Shown here: one piece after another, positions 28,615 to 36,290 of the stretch | Layout of the letters: each line of letters begins with the position of its first letter | Numbering within the stretch: position 1 is the stretch's first letter | The notes under the pieces: model-generated | Told to the model about the DNA's origin: nothing | Database searches by the model: none | What the model saw: only the letters and a program-made list of their open reading frames with translations | Made by a program: the position numbers and the translations under genes | IMG/VR virus record: IMGVR_UViG_3300032290_001420 | Location: 1-36,550 of that record | Source: a virus | Taxonomy: Duplodnaviria; Caudoviricetes | Strand: one strand, 5' to 3' | DNA: 36,550 bases

Positions 28615-29908
28615 TTGCCTCCCAGAATTTGCTTTGTTTGCCGTTAAAGTTAAATAAAATGTCCCCGCATTCACCCTCACGATTCTTAGAAACAATTATA
28701 TCTGCTTTGCCTTTTACATTATTATAGCATTTAAGCCAATCTTCATAATGCTTTGAGTGTTCGGGAACTTTTTCTCGCTCTAAGAAATATTCCTCTCTAT
28801 GCGTAAACATAACTATGTCCGCATTTTGTTCTATAGCTCCTGAGTCCCTTAAGTCGCTTAGGATTGGTCTTTTATTTTCTCTCGAATCTCCAGCTCTTGA
28901 TAATTGCGACAAGGCGACAACAACAATATTGAAGTCTTTTGCTATTTTCTTTAAACCTTCGGCAATTCTTGATATTTGTTGCTCTCTTGAAAATTCCTTA
29001 CCCGAACTTGCGATTAATTGTAAATAGTCAATGCAAATCATTTTAATATCATTCTTAAGCATTGCCCGTTTAATCTTGCTTCTAATTGTTAAAAGATTAA
29101 TGCCATTTTCTTGATCGAGAATCAAATTATAATCTTTCCAAGTGTGCCTATTATTTTCTATTGATAGCTTGTCCGCTTCGGTTGTTGCTCCGATTTTTAA
29201 TCTATAAGCACTTGCTCCAGTTGTTTCATTTAGAAACTTTCTTGCCAAGCTTTTGTCCGATACTTCCATTGAAAAAAATAAAACTCCATAGCTTAAAGAA
29301 ACATTTTTAGCAAAGTTTAAACAAAATGTAGTTTTTCCGCTCGATGGTCTGCCACCGATAATAACTAAATTACCAAGCTCAAAGCCTCCAGTTAGAATAT
29401 CTAATTTATCAAAGCCCGTAAAGATTAATTCTTTTTGATGATTAGATAAAACATCATCAATAACTTTGTCAATCTTTTTAGGCTGATTAGACATGTTTAT
29501 TGATATGTCGGCTATGTCTCCCTCTAATTTTGTTTTAATAGCATCAAAATCGCTTGTTTTATCGCTTATAATTAAATTTAATATCTTTTTTAGCTCTCTT
29601 ATTTGCCATAACCTAATTACTTCATTTGAATAAGATTCCATATCAACCAATCCACTAGTAGCATTGGATAGGTTTTTAATAATCTTAACATCAATTCCAT
29701 TGTTTTTAACAAATGTTGAAATAATCCTAAAGTCAACAACTTCACCAGCTCCAATTCTTTTAATGACTTCTTCAAAAATCTTTTGATAATCATCGAAGTA
29801 AAAATGTTTAGCTTCAAGATTTGGTGATTTTAACAAATACATGTTATTTGAAAGAATAGTTCCCAGTAGGGCTTCTTCTATCTCTTGATTAAAATTTTCT
29901 TGTTCCAT
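28601..29908 (-). CDS. dnaB: Replicative DNA helicase
   Basis: GGRPSSGKT Walker A, FSMEV, IDYLQL, ALSQLSR, LRDSGAIEQNAD and KNREG motifs. Confidence 0.96.
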   Translation of the reverse strand: MEQENFNQEIEEALLGTILSNNMYLLKSPNLEAKHFYFDDYQKIFEEVIKRIGAGEVVDFRIISTFVKNNGIDVKIIKNLSNATSGLVDMESYSNEVIRLWQIRELKKILNLIISDKTSDFDAIKTKLEGDIADISINMSNQPKKIDKVIDDVLSNHQKELIFTGFDKLDILTGGFELGNLVIIGGRPSSGKTTFCLNFAKNVSLSYGVLFFSMEVSDKSLARKFLNETTGASAYRLKIGATTEADKLSIENNRHTWKDYNLILDQENGINLLTIRSKIKRAMLKNDIKMICIDYLQLIASSGKEFSREQQISRIAEGLKKIAKDFNIVVVALSQLSRAGDSRENKRPILSDLRDSGAIEQNADIVMFTHREEYFLEREKVPEHSKHYEDWLKCYNNVKGKADIIVSKNREGECGDILFNFNGKQSKFWEANDSY

Positions 29909-29909
29909 G

Positions 29910-30539
29910 CTATTTATCTAATAAATGTTGATATTGACTTAAGAATTTAGGCTCTTCATTTGTTTTAGAGTTGCTGTTAAAGTTATTCCCTTCCCAAGTT
30001 CTAATACACGCTTTCCAATCTTTCATTGCATTTTTACCAACTTTCCAACCATTAGCTTCGTAGTAATTGAAAAATTTATTTACATCAACATTGTTTTTTC
30101 TTTCTAAGCAATAATCTTTAATTTCTTGAATAGTTGGTTTTATGAATTTTTTAGTTTTATCAGAATTATTCTTAATCTCACTTTTATTCTCATTCTTATT
30201 TTCACTCTCACTCTCACTCTTACTATCATTATCTGCTACTTTTGCTACCTTTTGGTAGCTTTTGCTAGCATTTGCTACCTTTTGCTTACCACCTAACGAA
30301 CCAGCTTCACGCCTAGCTTCACAGGTTTTTTTGTATATTTCCTCGTCTCTTTGAAATTGATTTATGAAAGGAGTTATTGCCATCTTTAAGCCAAAATCTA
30401 ATTCTGGTAAACAACCTTTTTCTTGGTAAAATTTAATTGATTTTATAAAAATTCCTGCTTGCTCATTGGACATTTCATCGAGAATAACTAAGCTGTCTTT
30501 GTGAACAATAAAACTTTTACGATTGTTTTGATTTGTCAT
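29910..30539 (-). CDS. Replication initiator (DUF6291-like N-terminus, lambda O analogue)
   Basis: KSFI...EQAG, REAG.LGG, FIKPT.QEI..YC and [21 protein letters not shown] motifs; adjacent to DnaB; carries internal repeats. Confidence 0.8.
   Translation of the reverse strand: MTNQNNRKSFIVHKDSLVILDEMSNEQAGIFIKSIKFYQEKGCLPELDFGLKMAITPFINQFQRDEEIYKKTCEARREAGSLGGKQKVANASKSYQKVAKVADNDSKSESESENKNENKSEIKNNSDKTKKFIKPTIQEIKDYCLERKNNVDVNKFFNYYEANGWKVGKNAMKDWKACIRTWEGNNFNSNSKTNEEPKFLSQYQHLLDK
30231..30290. repeat. Six 10-bp tandem iteron-like repeats (probable origin)
   Basis: atctgctact, tttgctacct, tttggtagct, tttgctagca, tttgctacct, tttgcttacc. Confidence 0.75.
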
Positions 30540-30765
30540 AACTTTCCTTGATTAACTTTTCTTGAATTTTTTTATTAAAATTGTCTTTGTAATTCCAAAG
30601 AATAGATTTTATATTAGATTTACTTAAAGGTGTAATTTTTTCAGCTTCAAGTATTGGCATTATATAGCCTACTAGCTTCTTCATTTCCTCAGTTGATAAA
30701 TCCTCTAAATCTTCCATAACTTCACTTGAATTACTTAACTTTGCAAAAAAATTTTGCTCTTTCAT
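30517..30765 (-). CDS. Hypothetical protein
   Basis: 82 aa; overlaps the initiator start. Confidence 0.6.
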   Translation of the reverse strand: MKEQNFFAKLSNSSEVMEDLEDLSTEEMKKLVGYIMPILEAEKITPLSKSNIKSILWNYKDNFNKKIQEKLIKESYDKSKQS

Positions 30766-30796
30766 AATATTTATTAATTTTTGTTAGTCAAATTGT

Positions 30797-31261
30797 TTAT
30801 TGTAAATTGTGATTAATATGTTTATACCAACTATTTTCTAGCTTTACAAGTTCGATTGGATATAAATACTTTTTTAATTCTTGATAAAGTAATTTTAAAG
30901 AATTAAGTATGGCAATATTTTCGATTTTTTTATTGCTTAATGAGTCGTTTTCAAAAATTGTAATATCATCATAATTTTTACCCGAAACAACTTTGTAAGC
31001 AAAATCAAAGTCCTCAAAAGTGTTTTTAAGCCCGTCTTTTTCTTCATGACATAAAGGCAAGTTCCACCGAAATTCTCTTAGCTTTAGATAATAACCAGTA
31101 TGAGGAAAATTGTACTCATATATTCCAATTCTGGGCTTATTTTGCTCTACTTGTAATTTAAACCAAGTTATCATGTGCCTAAAAGTAGTTCCACCAAAAG
31201 TTTTATAAAATAAATCATATTGCTGTTGACTTTCTATAAATGCTTTTTCCTTTTCGTTCAT
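30797..31261 (-). CDS. Hypothetical protein, first gene of the replication operon
   Basis: Start moved to ATG 31261 (MNEKEK), with a GGAG SD 6 nt upstream. Confidence 0.65.
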   Translation of the reverse strand: MNEKEKAFIESQQQYDLFYKTFGGTTFRHMITWFKLQVEQNKPRIGIYEYNFPHTGYYLKLREFRWNLPLCHEEKDGLKNTFEDFDFAYKVVSGKNYDDITIFENDSLSNKKIENIAILNSLKLLYQELKKYLYPIELVKLENSWYKHINHNLQ

Positions 31262-31675
31262 ATTACGCTCCACGCTTTGATTTTGGCGAGGTCAAGCGTG
31301 GATTCTTGACCCCATAAAAAAATATAAACCTGATCCACCAGATTTAAAGAAGGAAAGCTACTAACTTTATTACCGCTGTATCTCATCAAGCAGTTTTGCT
31401 GTTCGCTTTCCAGCGATGAAGTCAGGCAACCGCATTTTTTAAAAAAAACGTTGACTCCATCACAAGTAAGCGAAGAGGGGATATGAAACCCCCCTTTGCC
31501 AAAATATTAACTTTGTTAAATAAATTCTTTCTTAATTTGTTGGTAGAGGGCAGATTTTTCCGCTTTCTAACAAATAGTTATTATTAATATTATAAATCAT
31601 ATTATCAATGGTTTTTAACCAGTGATAATCTTGGCTTGCACTGGAAATGCAAGCTTCAAATAGAATTTAACAAAA
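31262..31675 (-). ncRNA. ~410-nt structured leader / cis-regulatory RNA
   Basis: No ORF of 60 aa or more; about eight helices in two closed domains; G-U pairs mostly favour the - strand; kissing-loop and anti-SD complementarity. Confidence 0.65.
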
Positions 31676-31678
31676 AAC

Positions 31679-31707
31679 ATACTAAAATTTTAAAATCTAT
31701 AAGTCAA
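31679..31707 (-). promoter_or_regulatory. Sigma70-like promoter for the leader and replication operon
   Basis: TTGACT-17 nt-TAGTAT; the predicted start coincides with the first helix of the leader. Confidence 0.65.
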
Positions 31708-31867
31708 TATCTTTTTGATTTTCAATAATTGCCGAAATTGCATCTACTATGATATTTATCAATAAGCAAATACAAATAATAATAAAAATCCCAAATAAAA
31801 TATAGTTCGTATAAGCTAGAGCCGTGCCGAATAATAATAAAATAAGTGTTAAATAAAGTTTTTCCAT
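31697..31867 (-). CDS. 56-aa membrane protein (below cutoff)
   Basis: Hand translation MEKLYLTLILLLFGTALAY...QKDIDL; two hydrophobic segments. Confidence 0.55.
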   Translation of the reverse strand: MEKLYLTLILLLFGTALAYTNYILFGIFIIICICLLINIIVDAISAIIENQKDIDL

Positions 31868-31879
31868 ATGTTTTAATAA

Positions 31880-32224
31880 TTATAATTTTAAACCTAATAA
31901 TTTTACTAAGAGTTTTATCCTTTTTTTTATGACATATTTTGTAAAATGAATTTCAAAAAAATTAGGGTTAAAAATCCTTAATTTTAATTCTGTTAATTTG
32001 CCCGCTTCACTAGTTTGTAAAGTAATAAATATTGCTTTTGCATATTCGTTATGTTCAATTTTCCAATTAACCGAATAAGAACTAAATTCTTTTAAATTGT
32101 CGTTAATTAAAAAAAGAGTTTGAAATAAAGCTCTATCTTTAAAAGCATCAAAAGTATATTCTTCTGGAGTAAAGCCAGAAAATATAAATGTTTTTGCTTC
32201 GTAAATGTTCATATAATTTTCCAT
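31880..32224 (-). CDS. Hypothetical protein
   Basis: GGAG SD; packed in the operon. Confidence 0.6.
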   Translation of the reverse strand: MENYMNIYEAKTFIFSGFTPEEYTFDAFKDRALFQTLFLINDNLKEFSSYSVNWKIEHNEYAKAIFITLQTSEAGKLTELKLRIFNPNFFEIHFTKYVIKKRIKLLVKLLGLKL

Positions 32225-32225
32225 A

Positions 32226-32525
32226 TTAATTCTCCCAATTCGTTGATAAATGATAAGTGCAATTTTTGCACTTAACTTTAAATTCGTTAATTTGATTTTG
32301 TGCGTGTTGAATCGCTACGGCATCATAATCGATCTGACGAGCTAATTGCTCATTTTTATCATATAACTCACGCAAGCGTGTTTCTAATTCAATTTTATCG
32401 ATATTTTCAAGTGATTTACAATTAATTTTGTATTTTTGTAAATTAAAAATGTAAAGTGCGAGAATTATTGATAAAAGTATAGCGCCAAAAGTTATGATTT
32501 TTTTGTTATTGTTTGAAATTTTCAT
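32226..32525 (-). CDS. TM-anchored coiled-coil protein with C-terminal CxxC
   Basis: N-terminal TM, coiled coil and CKNC. Confidence 0.6.
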   Translation of the reverse strand: MKISNNNKKIITFGAILLSIILALYIFNLQKYKINCKSLENIDKIELETRLRELYDKNEQLARQIDYDAVAIQHAQNQINEFKVKCKNCTYHLSTNWEN

Positions 32526-32551
32526 ATTTTTTTTACTTTAAGTTAAAATTG

Positions 32552-32666
32552 TCGCAAGAAACATCAAAATGTTTCGGGCAAGCGTAGTTATAGTAAGTTT
32601 CGACCGTTAGTTTATTATTTTTATTTGCGTAAAAGTGCGAGAATAAACTAAGCGTGATGATTGCGA
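32552..32666. other. Structured intergenic element
   Basis: TCGCAA/TTGCGA closing stem, GAAACAT-CAAA-ATGTTTC hairpin and TTAGTTTATT/AATAAACTAA stem. Confidence 0.45.
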
Positions 32667-32680
32667 ATAAAAAAAAGATT

Positions 32681-32920
32681 TTAATCATTTTCACCTCCAA
32701 TCAATTCATTTAATTTAAAACCTGATGCCCTTTCAAATTCGGCAACTACTTTTTCTTTATAAGTTTTTTCGCCCCGCCAAAAAAAGACTGTATTTTCAGG
32801 AGCAAACATTTCTTGAGCTTGTTTTTGCCAAAAATTTCTATTATTTTCTAAAACAATTTTTGCGTCATCCGACAATGTTTTTTTTCTTTTTAAAAAGTCA
32901 AATTTAAGTTGTTTAGTCAT
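32681..32920 (-). CDS. Hypothetical protein
   Basis: Overlap-coupled, with an SD. Confidence 0.6.
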   Translation of the reverse strand: MTKQLKFDFLKRKKTLSDDAKIVLENNRNFWQKQAQEMFAPENTVFFWRGEKTYKEKVVAEFERASGFKLNELIGGEND

Positions 32921-33125
32921 TTTTCCCCCTTTTTAAAGTTGATATACCGTTTGCGTCGGCGATTCGTTTAATTTCCCGCTTAGTTATCGTAAAATGATAA
33001 TTATTGCTTTCGTCAATTAAAGATTTTGTGCCACCTACGCTACCGTTTCTAAGCTTAAGGGCTTCTTTTACTTGTGTTTCAACTGTTATTTCTAGAGTTG
33101 ATTTGTGTTTAAGTTTTATAATCAT
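32913..33125 (-). CDS. Hypothetical protein
   Basis: TTAACTT motif upstream. Confidence 0.6.
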   Translation of the reverse strand: MIIKLKHKSTLEITVETQVKEALKLRNGSVGGTKSLIDESNNYHFTITKREIKRIADANGISTLKRGKND

Positions 33126-33126
33126 G

Positions 33127-33567
33127 TTATTTATTAGTTAAAGTTAATAATTCTTGTTTATAATCTTCAATTCTTGTTAAAAATTGATTTATAAAATCTT
33201 GTTTATTTTTTTCAAAAACAATTTTTAAAGCCTCTTGAAATCGGGTTTTATTAAAAAAATTTGGCAAATAAATCTCAAAGAAAAAATATTTATAATCAGA
33301 AATACGCATTTTAATATTACTTTTTTCTTTCCAATATTTTTTCTGAACAATTATAAAATTATCTTTCGAAATTGTTTCAAAAAAAGATGAATCCGTTATA
33401 TTTTTTATTAAATTTTCAATTGTTTTAATTTTAAATTTTAATTTATCACATTTGTTTTTTTTTGAACGATTTTGCCGAATTTCAAGACGCTTTTTATTAA
33501 GTATTTCTTTTTGCTCTAGTTTTGGCAAAGATTTTAAGCTATCTTTTATTTGCCTCATTGTTTGCAT
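33127..33567 (-). CDS. Hypothetical basic protein
   Basis: 146 aa, K-rich, packed in the operon. Confidence 0.6.
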   Translation of the reverse strand: MQTMRQIKDSLKSLPKLEQKEILNKKRLEIRQNRSKKNKCDKLKFKIKTIENLIKNITDSSFFETISKDNFIIVQKKYWKEKSNIKMRISDYKYFFFEIYLPNFFNKTRFQEALKIVFEKNKQDFINQFLTRIEDYKQELLTLTNK

Positions 33568-33568
33568 A

Positions 33569-33757
33569 TTATTTTAAAATTTGGTTAATAAATGTATCGA
33601 CAAGAACAGCAGTGAGTAAAAGCCAAAACCCGTAAAAGTGGAATTTGTCTACTCGTTGCTTACGTATACGATTTTGCTTGTTTTTTTCACTAATTATGTG
33701 TTTGTTTTTTTCGTAATGCTTTTTAGAATTTTCTCTTTGTTTTTTATTTGTTTTCAT
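33569..33757 (-). CDS. Small basic protein with C-terminal TM
   Basis: Start moved to ATG 33757 (MKTNKK), which carries the TTAACTT motif. Confidence 0.55.
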   Translation of the reverse strand: MKTNKKQRENSKKHYEKNKHIISEKNKQNRIRKQRVDKFHFYGFWLLLTAVLVDTFINQILK

Positions 33758-33768
33758 ATTTTTTAAAG

Positions 33769-33936
33769 TTAATTGTTTAAAAATTTGTAGCATTCAATAA
33801 AGCCCGCAATGAAGAAGGCTTCTTCGTTAGCTGTGCGTTTTTCCTGTGCAACCTCAAATATTTTAACTGCTACTATTCCCGCTTCTTCTACAGTATTCAT
33901 TGGAAGTTTTTTAATTTCTTGTATTTCTTGTTTCAT
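33769..33936 (-). CDS. 55-aa hypothetical protein (below cutoff)
   Basis: Hand translation MKQEIQEIKKLP...AFFIAGFIECYKFLNN; TTAACTT motif upstream. Confidence 0.65.
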   Translation of the reverse strand: MKQEIQEIKKLPMNTVEEAGIVAVKIFEVAQEKRTANEEAFFIAGFIECYKFLNN

Positions 33937-33947
33937 AAAATTTTAAG

Positions 33948-34106
33948 TTAATTGTTAATATTCCAGACTTCAGCGATGACGGCGTGAAGCTTTTTAGAAT
34001 TAAATTGTAAATGATTTTCAAACTCAACTTTGTATTGTTTTGATTCGTGCGATTGCTTGAATAAAAAGATTGCGATTAAAGCGATCGTTAAAAATACTTT
34101 ATACAT
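33948..34106 (-). CDS. 52-aa protein with N-terminal TM/signal
   Basis: Start moved to ATG 34106 (MYKVFLTIALIAIFL), overlapping the upstream stop. Confidence 0.5.
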   Translation of the reverse strand: MYKVFLTIALIAIFLFKQSHESKQYKVEFENHLQFNSKKLHAVIAEVWNINN

Positions 34107-34401
34107 TTTTGAAAGCCCCCGTTTCTTTTTTAAAAGATTCATTGAATTTGAATTCTGCACGAAGCAAAATTAAAGACTTTTCATTGCCATCTTTAGCTTC
34201 GGCAAGTAGCTCCAGCCAATGATTTTTTTCATTTTCGTTGCTTGCCCAGCCGTTATTTAAAGCAATTTCAACTTCTCTAAAAAAAGCATTATTCATCATT
34301 AAAATGGATTGAATTCTGTGACTTTCTACATTGATTTTTGTTAAACGATTTTCAAGATTTTTCTTGATTGTCAATAGTTTTTCTAATTTTGTTTTTTTCA
34401 T
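34099..34401 (-). CDS. Hypothetical protein
   Basis: 100 aa; TTAACTT motif upstream. Confidence 0.65.
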   Translation of the reverse strand: MKKTKLEKLLTIKKNLENRLTKINVESHRIQSILMMNNAFFREVEIALNNGWASNENEKNHWLELLAEAKDGNEKSLILLRAEFKFNESFKKETGAFKNV

Positions 34402-34451
34402 ATTTTTTAAGTTAAGTTAATAAATGGGTTGCGTGGTGTCGCCGTTAGTAA

Positions 34452-34778
34452 TTATAAATCTTTTAATTTTTCTTTTTCTCTTGAAATAAAATCAGGGTTT
34501 AAAAAATCGCCTTGATTTAATGCTATGTTATGAAGTTCAATTAATTTATCTTTTGTTAATCTGTTAATTTTGCCATGTTCAAAACTTTTTTTCTGGCTAA
34601 AATCAAGGACGGTAGAAAGGCAATTGTTTAATCTTTTAAACATGGTCGCCGTTGTTTTAACCGTTGAAAGTGATTTTGAAGATAAACCATTAAATTTTGA
34701 TGTTGTTATTTGCAAAACAAAATTATCTTCTAAATTTATTTCAGTTGTTGCGCTGTTATTTTCAATTTTTATGTTCAT
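34452..34778 (-). CDS. Hypothetical protein
   Basis: 108 aa; TTAACTT motif upstream. Confidence 0.65.
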   Translation of the reverse strand: MNIKIENNSATTEINLEDNFVLQITTSKFNGLSSKSLSTVKTTATMFKRLNNCLSTVLDFSQKKSFEHGKINRLTKDKLIELHNIALNQGDFLNPDFISREKEKLKDL

Positions 34779-34831
34779 ATATTTTTAATAAAAGTTAATA
34801 TTTAAAACGGGTTTTTCGTGGCGGTATTTCA

Positions 34832-35209
34832 CTAAGCTTTTAAAGGCTCAACCTGATTTTTTGTAAACAAATAACATTTGCAAAAACGATTAAAAGAATT
34901 TTCTGAATCTTCGCCCGTGATTATGTTTTTGCCTTTTACTTTTATTTGTTTCGGTGAGGAAAAAAAGACAAAAGCTTTCTCGCCTTTTTTAACACTAAAG
35001 CCTTTAGAAATCCAGCCCTTAAAAGTTGCCATTTCTTGATTTTCTAAGCCATAAATCTTCTTAATAAAATAATTTAAAGGCTCGCCAGCTTCGGTGGTCA
35101 TGTCTTCGATTGCTTTTGTTTTCATGATTCGAGCCAATCCCGCGATTCTTAATAAATCGGCGTAGGCTTGGTCTTTTTTAAGTTCGGTTTTTAAATTTTC
35201 GTTTTTCAT
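34832..35209 (-). CDS. ArdC-like N-terminal ssDNA-binding domain protein
   Basis: ATFKGW...GFSVKKGEKA and YLFTKNQV match the ArdC/DUF1738 pattern; no metallopeptidase domain. Confidence 0.75.
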   Translation of the reverse strand: MKNENLKTELKKDQAYADLLRIAGLARIMKTKAIEDMTTEAGEPLNYFIKKIYGLENQEMATFKGWISKGFSVKKGEKAFVFFSSPKQIKVKGKNIITGEDSENSFNRFCKCYLFTKNQVEPLKA

Positions 35210-35237
35210 ATTTTTTATTTTAAGTTAATATTAATTG

Positions 35238-35333
35238 TTAATTGCTAATTTTGATAATGTTTCCAATCCGAAAAATAAAGCGATTGTTTATTTTTGATTT
35301 TGTAAAACTGATGTTTAAAAATTTAAAAGACAT
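35238..35333 (-). CDS. 31-aa small ORF, first in the early transcript
   Basis: MSFKFLNISFTKSKINNRFIFRIGNIIKISN, preceded by the variant TATTAACTC motif. Confidence 0.4.
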   Translation of the reverse strand: MSFKFLNISFTKSKINNRFIFRIGNIIKISN

Positions 35334-35387
35334 ATTTTTTAGTTTGAGTTAATATTTGAAATAAATTTAATTTATTTCGTTAGACAC

Positions 35388-35416
35388 ATTATGAATCATT
35401 AAATTATTAATGTCAA
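35388..35416 (-). promoter_or_regulatory. Main leftward (early) sigma70-like promoter
   Basis: TTGACA-17 nt-CATAAT at the head of the - strand arm. Confidence 0.75.
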
Positions 35417-35684
35417 GCGAATAAATGAATTATTTTAATGATTGTTCAAAATGGGATAAGACTAGAGAGACAAGGGCTCGCGGGAATATTAAAAGATAAT
35501 GATAAAAAAAAGATTAAAAATAATTTGTGAATAAAATGAATTAGATTGTTATTAAAAAGAGTGGATTATTAGAAGTTAATAAAAGTTAATTTGGATAAAA
35601 TGATGTCAAGAGAAAAATAGGGGTTGTATCAAAATAGAAAAATAGGCTTTCTAATTTACTCTCTCTAAGCTAGAAAAAAAACTA

Positions 35685-35712
35685 TTGATTTTTAAAATAA
35701 AGTTGTTATAAT
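35685..35712 (+). promoter_or_regulatory. Rightward sigma70-like promoter
   Basis: TTGATT-16 nt-TATAAT with an extended TGn. Confidence 0.6.
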
Positions 35713-35830
35713 CTAATTTGCCAAATTTTAAAAAATTTGAAACTATTAAAATTTAATAAATATAATATATTTAATTAATATATATATAGGAATTTATGAA
35801 ATAAATTCCGAAAAAAAAATAATAAAAACA

Positions 35831-36184
35831 ATGATTGAATATTTATTAAAAATCAATGATAAATACAAGAAAAACAAAGTAAATTCTGCAGTGATACAAG
35901 CTGAATTCTACGCAAGATGTAAAGAAGAAAATATTATTTGTTATCTTGAGTATAAAGAAAGAAATTCAAGATTCGATGCTTTAATATTTGATAGAGATTT
36001 AAATAAAATTGCTATTGTTGAATTTAAGAGCTACGCAAGCAAAGAAAAAAAAGGCATAAAAAACACAAAACAAATAAAAAAATATTTATCTTATAATTTA
36101 CCCGTTTTGCTTGTTGTAAGACATGAAGAGATAGAAATAAATATTACAAAACTAAAATTGTTTTTGAAGAATAAATCTAATTGA
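35831..36184 (+). CDS. Small PD-(D/E)xK nuclease-fold protein
   Basis: E....RFDALIFD.....AIVEFKS ... KQIKKY pattern. Confidence 0.65.
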   Translation: MIEYLLKINDKYKKNKVNSAVIQAEFYARCKEENIICYLEYKERNSRFDALIFDRDLNKIAIVEFKSYASKEKKGIKNTKQIKKYLSYNLPVLLVVRHEEIEINITKLKLFLKNKSN

Positions 36185-36290
36185 CTTTTTAAAAGAAATA
36201 AAATGAAATGATTTTTAGTGAGATATATTGATTAAAAGTTTTATTCATCTAACTTGAACATCGCGCACGCGTTAAAATAAATGTAAAAAA

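Larger units (their letters stand above)
22637..35352 (-). repeat. Dispersed (TA)TTAACTT motif upstream of about 15 start codons
   Basis: AAGTTAA on + at 22637, 23139, 23880, 25620, 27391, 27926, 28409, 32540, 33141, 33766, 33945, 34409, 34792 and 35222, with a variant at 35346. Each lies 3-15 nt from a - strand ATG. Confidence 0.8.

Noticed and set aside
32552-32666. Type II hammerhead ribozyme (TGATGA...GAAA with flanking stems)
   Set aside because: The core reads GUGAUGA, so the C3-G8 pair is lost, and no stem I forms.
19587-34788. Plus-strand and alternative-frame ORFs within the - strand arm (for example 19587, 19957, 21033, 21995, 22014, 22084, 22660, 23504, 26765, 26892, 28061, 28815, 29617, 32725, 34570)
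   Set aside because: They are shadows of tightly packed real genes and show no start signals.
22637-35352. CRISPR array or full CtrA boxes (TTAA-N7-TTAA) as the explanation of the repeated motif
   Set aside because: Copies are short, dispersed and separated by whole genes. N7 spacing was seen at only one of the sites checked (about 35220).
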